Program-made: the position numbers and the translations under genes
The notes under the pieces: generated by a model
The model's input: only the letters and a program-made list of their open reading frames with translations
What the model was told of the DNA's origin: nothing
Database searches by the model: none
Part shown: in pieces, positions 62,134 to 64,000 of the stretch
How the letters are laid out: each line of letters begins with the position of its first letter
Numbering within the stretch: the stretch's first letter is position 1
Source: Felis catus
Taxonomy: Eukaryota
Direction of reading: 5' to 3'
Assembly: GCF_018350175.1 (NCBI RefSeq)
Contig: NC_058369.1
Span: 10,666,001-10,730,000, forward strand
DNA length: 64,000 nucleotides

Positions 62134-64000
62134 TTTTTTTTTTATATAGGAAATTTATTGTCAAATTGGTTTCCATACAACACCCAGTGCTCATCCCAAA
62201 AGGTGCCCTCCTCAATACCCATCACCCACCCTCCCCTCCCTCCCACCCCCCATCAACCCTCAGTTTGTTCCAGTTTTTAACAGTCCTTTATGTTTTGGCT
62301 CTCTCCCACTCTAACCTCTTATTTTTTTTTTCCTTCCCTTCCCCCATGGGTTTCTGTTAAGTTTCTTAGGATCCACATAAGAGTGAAACCATATGGTATC
62401 TGTCTTTCTCTGTATGGCTTATTTCACAGCATCACACTCTCCAGTTCCATCCACGTTGCTACAAAAGGCCATATTTCATTCTTTCTCATTGCCATGTAGT
62501 ATTCCATTGTGTATATAAACCACAATTTCTTTATCCATTCATCAGTTGATGGACATTTAGGCTCTTTCCATAATTTGGCTATTGTTGAGAGTGGTGCTAT
62601 AAACATTGGGGTACAAGTGCCCCTATGCATCAGCACTCCTGTATCCCTTGGATAAATTCCTAGCAGCGCTATTGCTGGGTCATAGGGTAGGTCTATTTTT
62701 AATTTTCTGAGGAACCTCCACACTGCTTTCCAGAGCGGCTGCACCAATTTGCATTCCCACCAACAGTGCAAGAGGGTTCCCGTTTCTCCACATCCTCTCC
62801 AGCATCTATAGTCTCCTGATTTGGTCATTTTGGCCACTCTGACTGGCGTGAGGTGATACCTGAGTGTGGTTTTGATTTGTATTTCGCTGATAAGGAGCGA
62901 CGCTGAACATCTTTTCATGTGCCTGTTGGCCATCCGGATGTCTTCTTTAGAGAAGTGTCTTTTCATGTTTTCTGCCCATTTCTTCACTGGGTTATTTGTT
63001 TTCCGGGTGTGGAGTTTGGTGAGCTCTTTATAGATTTTGGATACTAGCCCTTTGTCTGATATGTCATTTGCAAATATCTTTTCCCATTCCGTTGGTTGCC
63101 TTTTAGTTTTGTTGGTTGTTTCCTTTGCTGTGCAGAAGCTTTTTATCTTCATAAGGTCCCAGTAATTCACTTTTGCTTTTAATTCCCTTGCCTTTGGAGA
63201 TGTGTCAAGTAAGAGATTGCTACGGCTGAGGTCAGAGAGGTCTTTTCCTGCTTTCTCCTCTAAGGTTTGATGGTTTCCTGTCTCACATTCAGGTCTTTTA
63301 TCCATTTTGAGTTTATTTTTGTGAATGGTGTGAGAAAGTGGTCTAGTTTCAACCTCCTGCATGTTGCTGTCCTGTTCTCCCAGCACCATTTGTTAAAGAG
63401 ATTGTCTTTTTTTCCATTGGATGTTCTTTCCTGCTTTGTCAAAGATTAGTTGGCCATATGTTTGTGGGTCTAGCTCTGGGGTTTCTATTCTATTCCATTG
63501 GTCTATGTGTCTGTTTTTGTGCCAATACCATGCTGTCTTGATGATGATAGCTTTGTAGTAGAGGCTAAAGTCTGGGATTGTGATGCCTCCTGCTTTGGTC
63601 TTCTTCTTCAAAATTCCTTTGGCTATTCGGGGCCTTTTGTGGTTCCATATGAATTTTAGGATTGCTTGTTCTAGTTTCGAGAAGAATGCTGGTGCAATTT
63701 TGATTGGGATTGCATTGAATGTGTAGATAGCTTTGGGTAGTATTGACATTTTGACAATATTTATTCTTCCAATCCATGAGCAGGAATGTCTTTCCATTTC
63801 TTTATATCTTCTTCAATTACCTTCATAAGCTTTCTATAGTTTTCAGCATACAGATCTTTTACATCTTTGGTTAGATTTATTCCTAGGTATTTTATGCTTC
63901 TTGGTGCAACTGTGAATGGGATCAGTTGCTTTATTTGTCTTTCTGTTGCTTCATTGTTAGTGTATAAGAATGCAACTGATTTCTGTACATTGATTTTGTA
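62134..64000 (-). mobile_element. Young felid L1 (3' UTR and ORF2 C-terminal part), continues beyond the window
   Basis: Poly-T tail; ORF2 segments 63393-63797, 63260-63442 and 62424-63260 separated by frameshifts. Confidence 0.96.

Overview
Mammalian genomic DNA from a felid, probably Felis. The assignment rests on felid-type CAN-SINEs, felid L1 3' ends and a gammaretroviral solo LTR resembling ERV-DC/RD-114. The window is part of a class II olfactory receptor family-7 cluster with four intact coding exons: three on + (16835-17803, 36672-37640, 46012-46950; OR7C/OR7A-related) and one on - (57785-58753; OR7A-like). Each has a candidate upstream non-coding exon or promoter. The rest is a tandem-duplicated, repeat-rich scaffold: a decayed full-length L1 (2561-9305), younger truncated L1s, about 27 CAN-SINEs, an ERV-L gag remnant, a young 550-bp solo LTR, MaLR LTRs, DNA-transposon fossils and microsatellites. 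I found no new enzymatic or defence-type system. The most interesting signal is a readable record of OR birth and death. Two 'ghost' OR units retain flanks or a promoter but no coding exon, each with an L1 piece lacking a TSD at the junction, and a third L1-patched deletion cuts an OR 5' exon. There are also apparent gene-conversion tracts and paralog differences concentrated at odorant-pocket positions. All alignments and counts were done by eye; repeat boundaries are approximate.
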